Below, piece after piece: positions 46,940-58,400 of a stretch of 64,000 bases of DNA. The notes beneath the pieces were generated by a model. It did not search any database. It was not told where the DNA came from and saw nothing but the letters and a program-made list of their open reading frames with translations. Made by a program: the position numbers and the translations under genes. Within the stretch, counting starts at the first letter, position 1. Each line of letters starts with the position of its first letter. The stretch is taken from contig JBAZQN010000001.1 in assembly GCA_041645165.1 (NCBI GenBank), positions 53,971-117,970 on the forward strand. The letters are read 5' to 3'. The stretch comes from Patescibacteria group bacterium (GTDB lineage Bacteria > Patescibacteriota > Patescibacteriia > 2-02-FULL-49-11).

Positions 46940-48916
46940 TTACATTGAGAGAGCAGAAGAGGGAATCACGGGGTTGGGAAATTTGCTCATGTCAATAATC
47001 CAGGCGTAGCCGCGCCAGCGGTCTTTCTCCGTAATTTCATGTAGGATCAGATCGCGGTAGCTGGGCACCTCGCTTTCATGTCCCCAGAATCGGCTTGTGC
47101 CAAATGTTTTTAATTGGGCTACAGCCACTTCTTTGATTTGCCTCGTTCGCAAAAGCTCATTTAATGCGGGATCTTTAGTGAAGTCTCCATCTTTAATCGT
47201 TTCCGGCACTGATTCTAAGTTTAATGCTTTGCTGCTTGTGCCCGGGATGATGACATAGCCATTCTTGACTTCGTTGAGAGTGTTAATATACTGAATTTCG
47301 TATTTATTGCGTATCGTAGGATTAATATTATTAATAACAGCGTCATTATAGACGGTTTTATAGGTAGAAAATTGCGTGATACCAAGGGCATCAAGTTTGC
47401 GAATGAGGAAAGCGCTTGTCATGCGCGCCGGGTAGATATCGCGCGCGAGCTGAAGCCAATTCCAAATCACGGTAGGTATGAATGCACCGATCGCAGTCAA
47501 CCAAAATAGAAACGGCGCGGTAGTAACATGAAAAAGCGCATAACCAATAAACATAAGCATGCCGATAAACCCTGGCAGGTATGAGCGTCCAAGCTGGGGT
47601 CCTTTCGTAAATTCTCCCCACGCAATAGGGGAGATCGCCAGCAGCAACATAGCCAAAGACGGAATGATAATCAACAGCGGCCGGGTTGACAGGTACCCAA
47701 GACCTGCCAGGTATATTACGCCCAGTCCGCAGAGGGCGGTAGGTAGGGGAACAAAGCGCCAGAACAGTCTAGGAACCCAGCGCCAACCCGCGCCGCGCAT
47801 ATAATAGTTAATCGGTTTGCCAATACTGGCAAAGTAGTTTACATAGAGACGAAAGTGACCCTTGGTCTGGCCGGCATAGTAGTACCAGAAGTATTGTTTA
47901 AGATTATACGGCAAATTTGGAATATTGAAGAAAATAACAGTAATGGCAAATCCGGCAAGCACAGGCAGGAAGTAGGATATGCCGAGCGCATTAATGATAA
48001 TGATTACCCAGAGAACAAGCGCTATTACTTTTTTTGTAACTACCACAAGCCGGGCGTGGGCGTGGGCAAGATAATGATCCAGGGTGAATTTACCTCGACT
48101 ATTGATGATTTTGTTAAGGAATCGCGGCGCTCGTTCGTAGTAAATTTCCGTAACTATCTTTTTATACCATCCCCAGAGCATGAGAAGACCGATGAAGGTG
48201 AAAAGAGGGAGCCAGATATTTATAAGCGTTACATGATTGTGGCGCAAAAGCTCGACAAGCCCGCGGTGGTCAGAGGCGATGAGTAGAGGAGAGTATTTGG
48301 CATAGAAGATCGCAGCCAGAAACAGCATAAAATATTTTCGTGACGAAGCTGAGGCAAACATAGTAAGGCTAAAAAGCGCGCCGCTGACTCCTAACCAGAG
48401 AAAGGCGTTGGTAGTGGCAGCGGTATAATCGTTTACTTGCTGGACGACGAGAATTGTTAAAAGAAAGATTGTGGTGCCATCAATAATATGTCCGCCGAAA
48501 AGCGCCACTTGCCAAATCCATAGGGAAGTAAGAAACAATATGCTTACTACAAAAGCGACAGATGCGTTCCAATAGTCTTTTCCAATGAGGTAGAGGAGAA
48601 TCGTGGAAGCGGCATTGGCGAATCCGCACATCGTGAGAAGCGGATGTTCTGTTAATTTGTCCCCCATGATTTTTTGGAATACCGCAATCAACATGATCGT
48701 CACATCTTTCATGCGCGTCTTCCCAATGCCATATTTGTGAATATCAGACGGCAGGCGCCATTTGTAGGCTTGAGCTGCGGCATAGACTTGTCTTTCGTTA
48801 TCGGTGTCATCGGTGATATACTGGCTTCCTCGTGTGCGGCATGAGAAGTAAATGGCAGAGCCTAAGGAAAGGACAATGATGATGAGAAAGTACCAGTCAA
48901 ACATAATGATATTCAT
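46940..48916 (-). CDS. large polytopic membrane protein, GT-C-fold-like (candidate oligosaccharyl/glycosyl transferase or polymerase)
   Basis: About 12 TM helices over 470 aa, then a ~190-aa C-terminal soluble domain. Resembles the PMT/ArnT/YfhO architecture. No exact motif recognised. Confidence 0.35.
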   Translation of the reverse strand: MNIIMFDWYFLIIIVLSLGSAIYFSCRTRGSQYITDDTDNERQVYAAAQAYKWRLPSDIHKYGIGKTRMKDVTIMLIAVFQKIMGDKLTEHPLLTMCGFANAASTILLYLIGKDYWNASVAFVVSILFLTSLWIWQVALFGGHIIDGTTIFLLTILVVQQVNDYTAATTNAFLWLGVSGALFSLTMFASASSRKYFMLFLAAIFYAKYSPLLIASDHRGLVELLRHNHVTLINIWLPLFTFIGLLMLWGWYKKIVTEIYYERAPRFLNKIINSRGKFTLDHYLAHAHARLVVVTKKVIALVLWVIIIINALGISYFLPVLAGFAITVIFFNIPNLPYNLKQYFWYYYAGQTKGHFRLYVNYFASIGKPINYYMRGAGWRWVPRLFWRFVPLPTALCGLGVIYLAGLGYLSTRPLLIIIPSLAMLLLAISPIAWGEFTKGPQLGRSYLPGFIGMLMFIGYALFHVTTAPFLFWLTAIGAFIPTVIWNWLQLARDIYPARMTSAFLIRKLDALGITQFSTYKTVYNDAVINNINPTIRNKYEIQYINTLNEVKNGYVIIPGTSSKALNLESVPETIKDGDFTKDPALNELLRTRQIKEVAVAQLKTFGTSRFWGHESEVPSYRDLILHEITEKDRWRGYAWIIDMSKFPNPVIPSSALSM

Positions 48917-48931
48917 TAAAAATATTATTCA

Positions 48932-50725
48932 TTAAAAGTGAACGGTATTCACTTTATAGAAATAAGAATCTTTGTCTTTGAGGAGCGCATCGGGTCTGCC
49001 GCGCTCTTTAATGATCCCATCTTGGAGAATAATCAATGAGTCACAATGCTTGAGAGTGGTTAAGCGGTGCGCAATGATGATAATCGTCACCCTTCCCTTC
49101 AAGTGCTCGATCGTTCGTTGGATAAGCGCTTCTGATTCATTATCGAGGGCGCTGGTCGCTTCGTCAAGAATGAGGATATCAGGCTGACGCGCCAAGACGC
49201 GAGCGAGGATGATGCGTTGCCGCTGTCCGGCAGACAGCTCCATTCCCCTTTCCCCCACTACGGTGCCGTACCCTTCGGGAAGTTTGTCAATAAAATCATG
49301 AATATACGCCAAGCGCGCGGCGGCCATAACCTCTGCGCGTGTCAAATCATGGTAGAACGTAATGTTATGCTCAATGGTGTCATTGAGCAAAAAAATGTCT
49401 TGCGACACGTAGCCCACATGGCGCCGCCAGTCCGCCAGGCGGATGGAATGTATGTCTATTCCATCGAGGGTAATGGCGCCATGGAGCGGTGTGAGGAGGC
49501 GCAGTATCAGATCGACGACGGTGGTTTTGCCTGAACCGGAAGGCCCAATGATCCCCACCATAGATCCTTTTTTCACTTCAAACCGTACGTTTTTCAGCAC
49601 CGCATCGGTTTCGCGGTGGTAATGAAACTGTACGTCGCGGATCGCGAGGAGCGACTGAAAAGAAAAAGGCTGCGTTCCCTCGTCGTGTTCCCGATTCTGG
49701 CGCATGGATTCGCGATGATCGGTGACGCTTTTGAGGTAGGGCGCCGATTCGCTCATACCGTTGAGCTTTCCCTGCATGGATTGGACGTACGAGAATATCT
49801 TTTGAATGAGATAGAGAATAACGGCAAAGGAGGCGAAGTTAAACTGCGGCGATTGGTAAGAGAAGGCGAATACTGCAAGGATGAATACGATGCTGACTGG
49901 CTGGATAAACACGTTCAGTCCGCTGTTGTAGAGTGAGAGCTGGAGGCGTGCGCGCCGTAAATGTTCAAAGAGATGTTCTCCCCTTATGAGGACGCTTGTT
50001 TCTGCGTTTATAGCTTTCACGGTTTTTATCCCGATCATGTGCTCGTTGATGTGGTGGGAGACGGCCTTTCCCATTTCCGAGAGACGGTATGACACCTTGC
50101 GCGTGCGGTAGAGCAGCGGTTTGATGATGAGAAAGAGCGCGGCGCCAACAATGAGCGTGACGATCGTGATCGGCGCCGATATGTTGACTGCCACGAGCAG
50201 ATACATGATGAGGTTGGTGAGGATGAGGACGGAAGAGCTCAAGAGCAGGAGCACCCCGGAGGAAGCGCTCACATGGTCCACAAGCACTTTTTCCAAGTGG
50301 CCGATTTTCTGGTTGAGCAAGTGCGGCCACGACGCGTCGAGCGACTCTCGGAAGAGTTCCGTCCTCATTTTCATCTCGTAGCTATAGCTCATGCGAGCGT
50401 TGAGATAGTTGGCCGCAAAGAGCACGAATGCTTTCGCGATAAACAGGAGGGCGATCAAAATAGCGAGCGAGGTGAATGTGAAGGCTATATGAGCGCGGAC
50501 GAATGCCGTCCTGATGATATTGGATATAGCATCGGCTCCTGGGGGCGTAGTGTCGCTTACTAGGGAAAAGAGAGGGATGACCGCATTAATGCCCACTCCT
50601 TCGAGCAAACCGCTCAGGAATCCCAAGGCAGTCATGAGCGCCACTTGCGGCTTATATGCGCCAAAAGCTTTATTGAGTAGGTGATAGGCGAAGGTGATTT
50701 TATTGTCTTTCAGGAGAGCAGCCAT
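48932..50725 (-). CDS. ABC exporter, fused permease/ATPase (MsbA/PglK/Wzk-like, candidate glycolipid flippase)
   Basis: Walker A GPSGSGKTT, signature LSAGQRQRIILARV, Walker B ILILDEATSALD, and a six-TM N-terminal domain. Confidence 0.85.
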   Translation of the reverse strand: MAALLKDNKITFAYHLLNKAFGAYKPQVALMTALGFLSGLLEGVGINAVIPLFSLVSDTTPPGADAISNIIRTAFVRAHIAFTFTSLAILIALLFIAKAFVLFAANYLNARMSYSYEMKMRTELFRESLDASWPHLLNQKIGHLEKVLVDHVSASSGVLLLLSSSVLILTNLIMYLLVAVNISAPITIVTLIVGAALFLIIKPLLYRTRKVSYRLSEMGKAVSHHINEHMIGIKTVKAINAETSVLIRGEHLFEHLRRARLQLSLYNSGLNVFIQPVSIVFILAVFAFSYQSPQFNFASFAVILYLIQKIFSYVQSMQGKLNGMSESAPYLKSVTDHRESMRQNREHDEGTQPFSFQSLLAIRDVQFHYHRETDAVLKNVRFEVKKGSMVGIIGPSGSGKTTVVDLILRLLTPLHGAITLDGIDIHSIRLADWRRHVGYVSQDIFLLNDTIEHNITFYHDLTRAEVMAAARLAYIHDFIDKLPEGYGTVVGERGMELSAGQRQRIILARVLARQPDILILDEATSALDNESEALIQRTIEHLKGRVTIIIIAHRLTTLKHCDSLIILQDGIIKERGRPDALLKDKDSYFYKVNTVHF

Positions 50726-51679
50726 TTAGACAAGATTATGTTGGTACCATTCGTACATTTTCGTTAAACCTTCTTTCAATTCAATCTTCGGTTTCCAGCC
50801 CAATGCGTTTATCCGGCTCGTGTCCAGAGTTTTCATCGGCATACCGTCGGGTTTGGTATGGTCCCACACGATTGTCCCGTGATAATCTGTAATTTTTTTC
50901 ATAAGTTCTGCCAGTTCATAAATGGCGATGCCCATGCCGGTTCCCACATTAAAAAATATTTCTCCGCGTTCATTCTGTGTTTTGGTGGGATTAAATTTAT
51001 CCATGAGCATAAGGCACGCTTCCGCACAATCTTCGCTATAAAGGAATTCCCTGATCGCGGTTCCTGATCCCCAGAGTTGAAGTTCAGGCGCTTGGTGTAT
51101 TTTTGCTTCGTGAAATTTACGCATTAATCCGGGAATTACATGAGAATTGATTGGATGGAAATTGTCATGAATCCCATATAAGTTAATGGGCATAATAGCG
51201 ATATAATTGGTGCCGTATTGCCGGTTGTAGCTTTGGCACATTTTCATGCCGGCGATTTTAGCTATCGCATACGGTTCATTTGTTGGTTCTAAGGGCCCTG
51301 TAAGGAGATATTCTTCTTTCATGGGTTGGGGGCACTCACGCGGATATATGCACGCAGATCCAAAAAACAACAATTTTTTTGCATGGGAGAGATAGGACTG
51401 ATGGATAACATTAGCGGTAATCGCGAGATTTTGATAAATAAATTCTGCGGGTAATGTATTATTAGCGATAATACCGCCCACTTTTGCCGCTAGCAAAAAT
51501 ACATAATCTGGTTTCTCCTGCGTAAAGAATTCAGCTACCGCGTTCTGGTTGGTGAGGTCAAGTTCTGCGTGAGTTTTTGTAATGATATTATGATATCCAT
51601 ACTTTTGTAATACTTGCAGCAGTGCATGTCCCATAAGTCCTGTATGCCCTGCGACGAAAATTTTTGAATAAGTATCCAT
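50726..51679 (-). CDS. fcl: GDP-L-fucose synthase (GDP-4-keto-6-deoxymannose 3,5-epimerase/4-reductase)
   Basis: KIFVAGHTGLMGHALL...VFLLAAKVGGIIANNTLPAEFIYQNL. Start likely at MDTYSKIF. Confidence 0.85.
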   Translation of the reverse strand: MDTYSKIFVAGHTGLMGHALLQVLQKYGYHNIITKTHAELDLTNQNAVAEFFTQEKPDYVFLLAAKVGGIIANNTLPAEFIYQNLAITANVIHQSYLSHAKKLLFFGSACIYPRECPQPMKEEYLLTGPLEPTNEPYAIAKIAGMKMCQSYNRQYGTNYIAIMPINLYGIHDNFHPINSHVIPGLMRKFHEAKIHQAPELQLWGSGTAIREFLYSEDCAEACLMLMDKFNPTKTQNERGEIFFNVGTGMGIAIYELAELMKKITDYHGTIVWDHTKPDGMPMKTLDTSRINALGWKPKIELKEGLTKMYEWYQHNLV

Positions 51680-51683
51680 AGTA

Positions 51684-52745
51684 TTATGGTTGCATAAATT
51701 TAGCAGGATCCTCACCCATTGTGCGAAATTCAGCTTCCATCATGATGCGGACCAGTTCCTCAAATGAGGTATGCGGCGTCCAGCCAAGATTTTCCCTTGC
51801 TTTAGTCGCATCGCCGAGCAGCATATCAACCTCTGAAGGGCGAAAATAGCGCGGATCGATTTCTACCAAAACCTTGCCGCTTTTCGCATCAATGCCTTTT
51901 TCATCCATTCCGTTGCCTCGCCATTCGAGGTTGTATCCTACCAGCTGGGCTGCGCGTGTTGCGAACTCGCGTACGCTGTGTGATTCGCCTGTTGCGATTA
52001 CATAATCGTCAGGCGTATTCTGCTGAAGTATAAGCCACATCGCTTCTGCATATTCAGGCGCATAGCCCCAGTCGCGCCGTGCATTGAGATTGCCAAGATA
52101 AAGCACTCCAGGTTTTGCCAAACCAAGCTTTATTTTCGCCAGAGTATTGGTAATTTTTTTTGTGACGAAAGTGCCGCCGCGCCGGGGTGATTCGTGATTA
52201 AAAAGAATGCCGTTAGACACGAAGAGCCCGTACGCTTCACGGTAATTTACGGCTATGTGGTAGGCGAACGCCTTGGCGCAGGCGTAGGGTGAGCGCGGAT
52301 GAAATGGCGTTGTTTCTTTTTGCGGCGTCTCCTGCGCCTTGCCGAACATCTCGCTTGAACCCGCCTGATACACTTTCACATGCGCTTTGGTGTCTTTTAT
52401 CGCATCTAAAAGGCGCAGAGTGCCAAGACCATCGACGTTGCTGGTAAATTCTGGAATTTCAAAGCTTACCTGAACATGGCTTTGCGCGCCAAGATTGTAA
52501 ATCTCATCTGGCTCTGTGCGTTCAATGATGCGGTTAATGCTGCTCGTATCACCCAAGTCCCCATAATGGAGATACAGTTTTCTGCCCTGTTCATGGGGAT
52601 CCTGGTAAATCTGGTTGAGGCGTTCGGTATTAAAGCTTGATGATCTTCGTATGATGCCATGCACTTCATATTCTTTTCGCAATAGCAGCTCTGCAAGATA
52701 AGAACCATCTTGACCAGTGATGCCGGTGATGAGCGCTTTTTTCAT
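51684..52745 (-). CDS. gmd: GDP-mannose 4,6-dehydratase
   Basis: [21 protein letters not shown]...[20 protein letters not shown]. Confidence 0.9.
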   Translation of the reverse strand: MKKALITGITGQDGSYLAELLLRKEYEVHGIIRRSSSFNTERLNQIYQDPHEQGRKLYLHYGDLGDTSSINRIIERTEPDEIYNLGAQSHVQVSFEIPEFTSNVDGLGTLRLLDAIKDTKAHVKVYQAGSSEMFGKAQETPQKETTPFHPRSPYACAKAFAYHIAVNYREAYGLFVSNGILFNHESPRRGGTFVTKKITNTLAKIKLGLAKPGVLYLGNLNARRDWGYAPEYAEAMWLILQQNTPDDYVIATGESHSVREFATRAAQLVGYNLEWRGNGMDEKGIDAKSGKVLVEIDPRYFRPSEVDMLLGDATKARENLGWTPHTSFEELVRIMMEAEFRTMGEDPAKFMQP

Positions 52746-52919
52746 AAGGGTTATCTGCTATTGATATCGGAGCTTACTGGTACCGTAATAATTTAATTTG
52801 GTATGCCAGTATTGCGTTTAATATCCGTGTACTTTACATATTCAAGATTCACCTTTAAATAACTTAATTTTTACGGTACTGGTATAATTGTATCATAAGA
52901 GCAGCATATCAGTATTTCC

Positions 52920-53186
52920 TTATGATTCAGCGCTTATATCCCATTGTTTAACATATTTGCCTATACCGTGCCGCTGAAGTTTATTTTGGCGCCGCAGGGA
53001 TATTTGGGTCCATGCGAGCAGGCTTTCAAAGTTGATCTTATATCTTCCTTTGATAACGATAAATTTAATCTCCTTATTTTTTAGCGCGGTTCTTATTGTT
53101 TTATCAGAGAGGCCGAATAACTTTGCTGCCTCTGAAACCGATACCCTTATTAAAGGAATAGATGAAGGTGCATTATTTTCTGGCAT
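52920..53186 (-). CDS. small HTH DNA-binding protein (excisionase/MerR-like HTH_17 type)
   Basis: VSEAAKLFGLSDKTIRTALKNKEIKFIVIKGRYKI. Confidence 0.5.
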   Translation of the reverse strand: MPENNAPSSIPLIRVSVSEAAKLFGLSDKTIRTALKNKEIKFIVIKGRYKINFESLLAWTQISLRRQNKLQRHGIGKYVKQWDISAES

Positions 53187-53390
53187 ATCTTAAGGTATAA
53201 TCATATTAAACATAATCACTATATAATAGTTTTAAAATCTAGACAAGTCTAGAAGTTCATAGTATAAATAATAATTATCCACATTGGATTTCTAGATATA
53301 TCTAGATATTAGTATAAATTTTGTTATAAATTATATAAAAATAAGACAATATTCAGGTGTAACAGATGGTATTTAATAACGTCTACTTTA

Positions 53391-53963
53391 ATGCAAGACG
53401 CATCAGATAGCCTAATTGAAAGGATACGGCAGGGCGACAGAGAGGCCTTAGGAGAAATGTACGACACATTTGCCCCTTCTCTTTATCGTTATATCTCCTT
53501 TCGCATTGCACATACACAGGATAGGGAAGATATATTGAGCAGTGTTTTTTTAAGGGTATTTGAATCCATTGCGAAAGGGAAAATGATAACGAACATCAGG
53601 GCGTTTCTTTATCAATCAACGCGGAATGCGATTATAGATTATTACCGGGAGTCATCACGCAGTTCTTCAGTTATCATAGAATGGAATGAAGAGTTATTGC
53701 AGGACGAACAGTCTCTTACGCCCCTTTTGCATTCGGAACAACTTATCGACACCGCTATCCAAAACAGAATCATAGCGAAAGAGCTTGGGAACTTGAAAGA
53801 AGAATATCGTGAACTACTTTCATTGCGATATATAGAAGATCTGGAAATAGATGAGATTGCGGCGATTATGCAGAAATCTCACATCGCGGTACGCGTTACG
53901 CTCCATAGGGCGCTCAAAGCGCTCAAGAAATTAGTAGAAAGTACTATAAGTGCTAATAAGTGA
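53391..53963 (+). CDS. RNA polymerase ECF-type sigma-70 family factor
   Basis: Region 2 (LYRYISFRIAHTQDREDILSSVFLRVFE) and region 4 HTH (IDEIAAIMQKSHIAVRVTLHRALKALKK). Confidence 0.85.
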   Translation: MQDASDSLIERIRQGDREALGEMYDTFAPSLYRYISFRIAHTQDREDILSSVFLRVFESIAKGKMITNIRAFLYQSTRNAIIDYYRESSRSSSVIIEWNEELLQDEQSLTPLLHSEQLIDTAIQNRIIAKELGNLKEEYRELLSLRYIEDLEIDEIAAIMQKSHIAVRVTLHRALKALKKLVESTISANK

Positions 53964-55149
53964 TATGCGAGATAATGATCTCATAAAATCATTAATAAAT
54001 CTTCGCCAGCACACATCGGTGCCGGAGCGCAGCCTTGTTTCATTGCGCACAAAAGTGCTGAATAGCGCTGGTTCTATCACGTTTACACAAAATAGCCGCA
54101 TACCTCCCTTACCAATACAAACGACTTCATTATTCGTTTTTTGGAAATCATATATACAAACCCATTTTAGCATTATTCCGCAGGTGGCAACCGCAGTGGT
54201 AATTGTGCTGGTGATAGTCGGCGCAGGTTCGGCATATTCCTTACACGCAAAACCCGGCTCCCCTTTATATAAAGTAAGGATAACCTTGGAGAATACGAAC
54301 GTGGCGCTCCATTCCCAGCCAACGAGGCGTACTGCACTGGAAATCCAGCTTTTTGATAAGGGAGTGAGCGAGCTCAAAGAAATGAGCACAAATGACGCAT
54401 CTTCTTTCGCAGTAATCGCGGTCATAGATACTCTTGACGAGCGGTTAGTCAAAGTAAACGATAGGATCGGCACATTAAAGGGGGTTCAATTGGACTCACA
54501 AGTGGTACCCACCATAATTTCCGCAACCGATAAAGCCATATATGCACATAATACGCTGAAAAATCTTCGAGAATCTGCTCCGATCGCCATGCAGTCGAAG
54601 TACAATAGAGCTATTGCGGCGTCATCGCGATTGAAGATTACTGCGCTGCAGGCTCTGGTAACCTATTCTGACGGCACAAAAGATACCAAGGCGCAGGAAG
54701 CAGTCGCTGAAAAGCTGCAGGATGAGATTATTGCCGCCAAAGAAAGCATTAATACGTTAAAAGGGGCACAAGAGCCGGAAACGGCTGCAAAGACAGATAA
54801 TATAAAGAATCTTGAAAATGCTATTAACAATGCCGAGATTGCGCTTAAAGAAGGAAATTTAAGCATTGCACTAAACCATATTATTGAATCCAATGAATTA
54901 TTAGAATCTTCCAAAGGCATTGTAGAGGGGGATTCCATAGAAATTATAGGAAGTTTACAGTCAGTAACTTCAACTAACGAATCCAGTACACCCGTCATTG
55001 TGGATGAACCTGTTGTAGTGCTAGAACCTTCTGGAAATTCGAATAGATCTGTATTGTCCAGCACTACTTCATTACCTCTAAATATTGAAGAAAATATTGA
55101 ACAAACACCAAAAGAACCGCCAGAGTTTCCGTTGGGGTTTGATCTTTAA
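53950..55149 (+). CDS. putative anti-sigma factor: single-pass membrane protein with extracytoplasmic coiled-coil domain
   Basis: Overlaps the sigma gene by 14 nt. One TM helix (VATAVVIVLVIVGAGSAY) and an alpha-helical C-terminal domain. Placement is typical of ECF anti-sigma factors. Confidence 0.5.
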   Translation: MLISDMRDNDLIKSLINLRQHTSVPERSLVSLRTKVLNSAGSITFTQNSRIPPLPIQTTSLFVFWKSYIQTHFSIIPQVATAVVIVLVIVGAGSAYSLHAKPGSPLYKVRITLENTNVALHSQPTRRTALEIQLFDKGVSELKEMSTNDASSFAVIAVIDTLDERLVKVNDRIGTLKGVQLDSQVVPTIISATDKAIYAHNTLKNLRESAPIAMQSKYNRAIAASSRLKITALQALVTYSDGTKDTKAQEAVAEKLQDEIIAAKESINTLKGAQEPETAAKTDNIKNLENAINNAEIALKEGNLSIALNHIIESNELLESSKGIVEGDSIEIIGSLQSVTSTNESSTPVIVDEPVVVLEPSGNSNRSVLSSTTSLPLNIEENIEQTPKEPPEFPLGFDL

Positions 55150-55486
55150 AGTTGACAAAAGAGTATTCTGTTGTTCTAATGTATAATGTACAGAGAAAAG
55201 GGATGCTTGCCTGGATGCGACTTATTGTTGTAGATGAGCAAGAATATTTTAGTTTTATTTGTAATAAAGATTTATGGCATTGCTCATAGAGGGTTATGTC
55301 ATAACTTTATAATTTAAAAAGGTCGGCCTCTTATTTATTCAAGCATTTGGATAAATAAGTTGTAACGCTAATAAACTTGTCTGTTATATTTGATTTTAAT
55401 AGGTCGAATCATTATTAATAAAGTAACAGGCAAGATACACACTGTACGGTACTTTATCTACCGGCAGGGTGCGAAAGGAAGTACGA

Positions 55487-58400
55487 ATGTCGAATTTTAT
55501 CAAAAAAAGTTTTACATGGGGAGTTGTGGGCGCCACTATCGTATGGTCGCTCGGAATATTTGTTCTCCCCGTTCAAGTGAAGGGCGCGCAGGACGGCGAT
55601 CTTATCAAGATGCCGGGTAATCCTGCGGTATACCTTCTCAAGGGCGGCAAGAGATTTGTATTCCCGAACGACAAGGCATACTTTACGTGGTACAGCGACT
55701 TCTCTGGAGTGGTAACGGTATCGCAATCCGAGCTCCAATCGTATCCCATCGGCGGCAACGTGACTTACAAACCAGGTACCAGGTTAATAAAGATCACGAC
55801 CGATCCGAAGGTATATGCGGTTGAGCCAAACGGAACTCTCCGATGGGTAACATCGGAAGCGATCGCCGTTTCCCTCTACGGATCAAACTGGAACAAGAGA
55901 ATTGATGACGTTCCAGATCCGTTCTTCGTGAACTACACCACCGGCGCAGATGTCACGACTGCAACATACCCGGTTGGCTCTATAGTGAAAGAAGAGAGCT
56001 CCGCCACGGTCTATTACATTGCCGAGAGCAATACCAAGCGGCCATTCGCCACTGATGCGGCGCTCACCGCGAACATGATGAAGACCGGCAATGTGCTCAC
56101 CGCGACCAGTCTCGCCAGCTACACTTCAGGCACCTCTGTCACAGGCAAAGAGGACACGCTTGCAGTATTTGGCGGCACCACGAGCACCGGCCCCGCGGCA
56201 GGCGGCACGCTTTCATTGGCGCTCTCTGCTGACACGCCCGCGTCTGGCGTCTTCGTGAAAAGCGCTGCGCGCGTTCCGTTTACCTATATCAATGCGACCG
56301 CAACCGGCGGCGAAGCAGTGATTGACTCGATGGTAATCCAAAGAGGCGGCATTGCGCAGGACTCGATATTTTCAGATATCACCATTCTTGTGGATGGGAC
56401 GCAGGTGGGATTAAACAAATCCTTTAACTCCGTGCACCAAGCCACATTGTATGATGACATCACCATCCCAAGCGGCACTACCAAGAAGATCATGCTGACC
56501 GGTAATACGTCAGCGATGGCCTCAAACTCTGGTGAAATGCCGATCCTTGGTTTGGCTGCAGTTACCCTCAAGAGCGGCACCTTGTCAGCATCGCTGCCAA
56601 TCTATGGCAACCCGATGACTGCCAATAACACTATCAGTATCGCTGCCGTAACCGTCGCGCGCGGTCCGCTTGACCCCGGCGCCACTTCTACCCAGAAGAT
56701 CGGCACCAAACAATATGCCTTCACCTCGGTGAAACTTAGCAATGATTCAGTAGAAAAAGTGCAGGTGGAAGAGCTTATCTGGGATCAGGCAGGTTCAGCT
56801 GACGATTCAGACATTTCAAATGTCAATCTTTTGGTTGACGGCGTTGTGATTGCGTCCCTGTCCAATCCAGTGGACAAGAAAGCGCACTTCAAGCTTGCAA
56901 CCCCATATTTGATTGATAAGGGGAAGAACAAAGAGTTTACCATCAAGGCGGATATTGATTCTGGATCAAACCGCACGGTGGACTTTGACATCGAAAAGAA
57001 TACCGATGTCGTGGTAAAGGGATTAACCTATGGCTATTATGTCCTGGCAACAGGATGGCCATCAGCGACTGATCCTCGATTGAGCGGTTATGCCGTGACC
57101 ATTGATACTGGCTCGCTAAAGATTGAGCCTGTCGCCACCGCGTCCAACAAGATAACGGACGGCTCCACAGGCCAGATCTTGGGCATGTTTAATTTTGAGG
57201 CAAAGGGTGAAGATGTTTCCATCACTTCTCTCGGCATCAAGGTTACCGTTTCAAGCTCCGCGGCAAACGTATCTGACGTGACCAATATCACGCTCTATGA
57301 CGAGGCAGGCCTTGCGGTAGCCGGTCCGGTAGACCCTACAGGAACTACCGCAGATATTACCGCAACTTCCACTGATACCATTACGGTGCCCGTCGGCATT
57401 CATAAATACACCGTTAAGGGTGATTTGAGCACTGATTTTGTGTCTGCGGATACGGTGTTAGTGAAAATTAAGCCTTCAGACATCACTTCAAAGGGCGTCA
57501 CGACAGGCAAGACGGTCACCCCGACGCCCGCGACATACCAAACCTCTACCACACAAACGGTGCAGGCAGGATCTCTTGTGGCGAACATTTCCACGACTCC
57601 TGTGGCACAGACCGTGGTCGCAGGCACCAATGGGCATACCTTTACGAACTATGTGCTTGACGCGCAAGGTTCTGGCGAAGATATCCGTGTCACGCAGATA
57701 AAGGCTGCCATGCATACCACGGGGTCTTCCTACCCTGCGTTGATTTCAGGATTGAAGCTTTATGACGGCTCCCTCGAGCTCGTCACGTCAAATGATCCTG
57801 ATCCGACGAACACCACTGCAGCCGCATCGGCTACTTCAACCTTCACCTTTGTGAATGCGCTTGTAGTGCCGAAGGGAACCTCCAAGACTTTGTCGCTCAA
57901 GGGGAATATCTCCAAGAGCGTCACGTCTGGCACAGTGAAACTCGGGCTTCAGAATGATGCGACGAATGCTATCGCGGCGACAGGCAAGGATACCGGCGCG
58001 ACCATTACTCCTACCTACAGCTATTCTGACGGCCAAGCGATGACACTCACTGATGCTGGCACACTCACGCTCTCGGCAGACGCGTCTACGCCAATCGCAG
58101 GGCATGTTCCCGGTTCATCCACCGGACTCCCTGTGGGCGTATTCTCCATGCAATCGAGGCATGAGGATATCAATGTAGAAAAGATTTGGTTCAGGCTCTC
58201 AGCGGTGAACAGCGGCGGTCCAGATCAAGTTGACAAGATTTGGCTCACTGACGGCACGAAGACTGTAGGGGTTACTCCAACCTCTTCAGATTCTTCCGCT
58301 CCGGTTCAGGTGCTCTTCGATGTGTCACTTGATCCATTCGTGGTTGCCGCAAACACTACCAAGCTCTATACCCTCAAGGTTGATACGGCGCAAGTTGACA

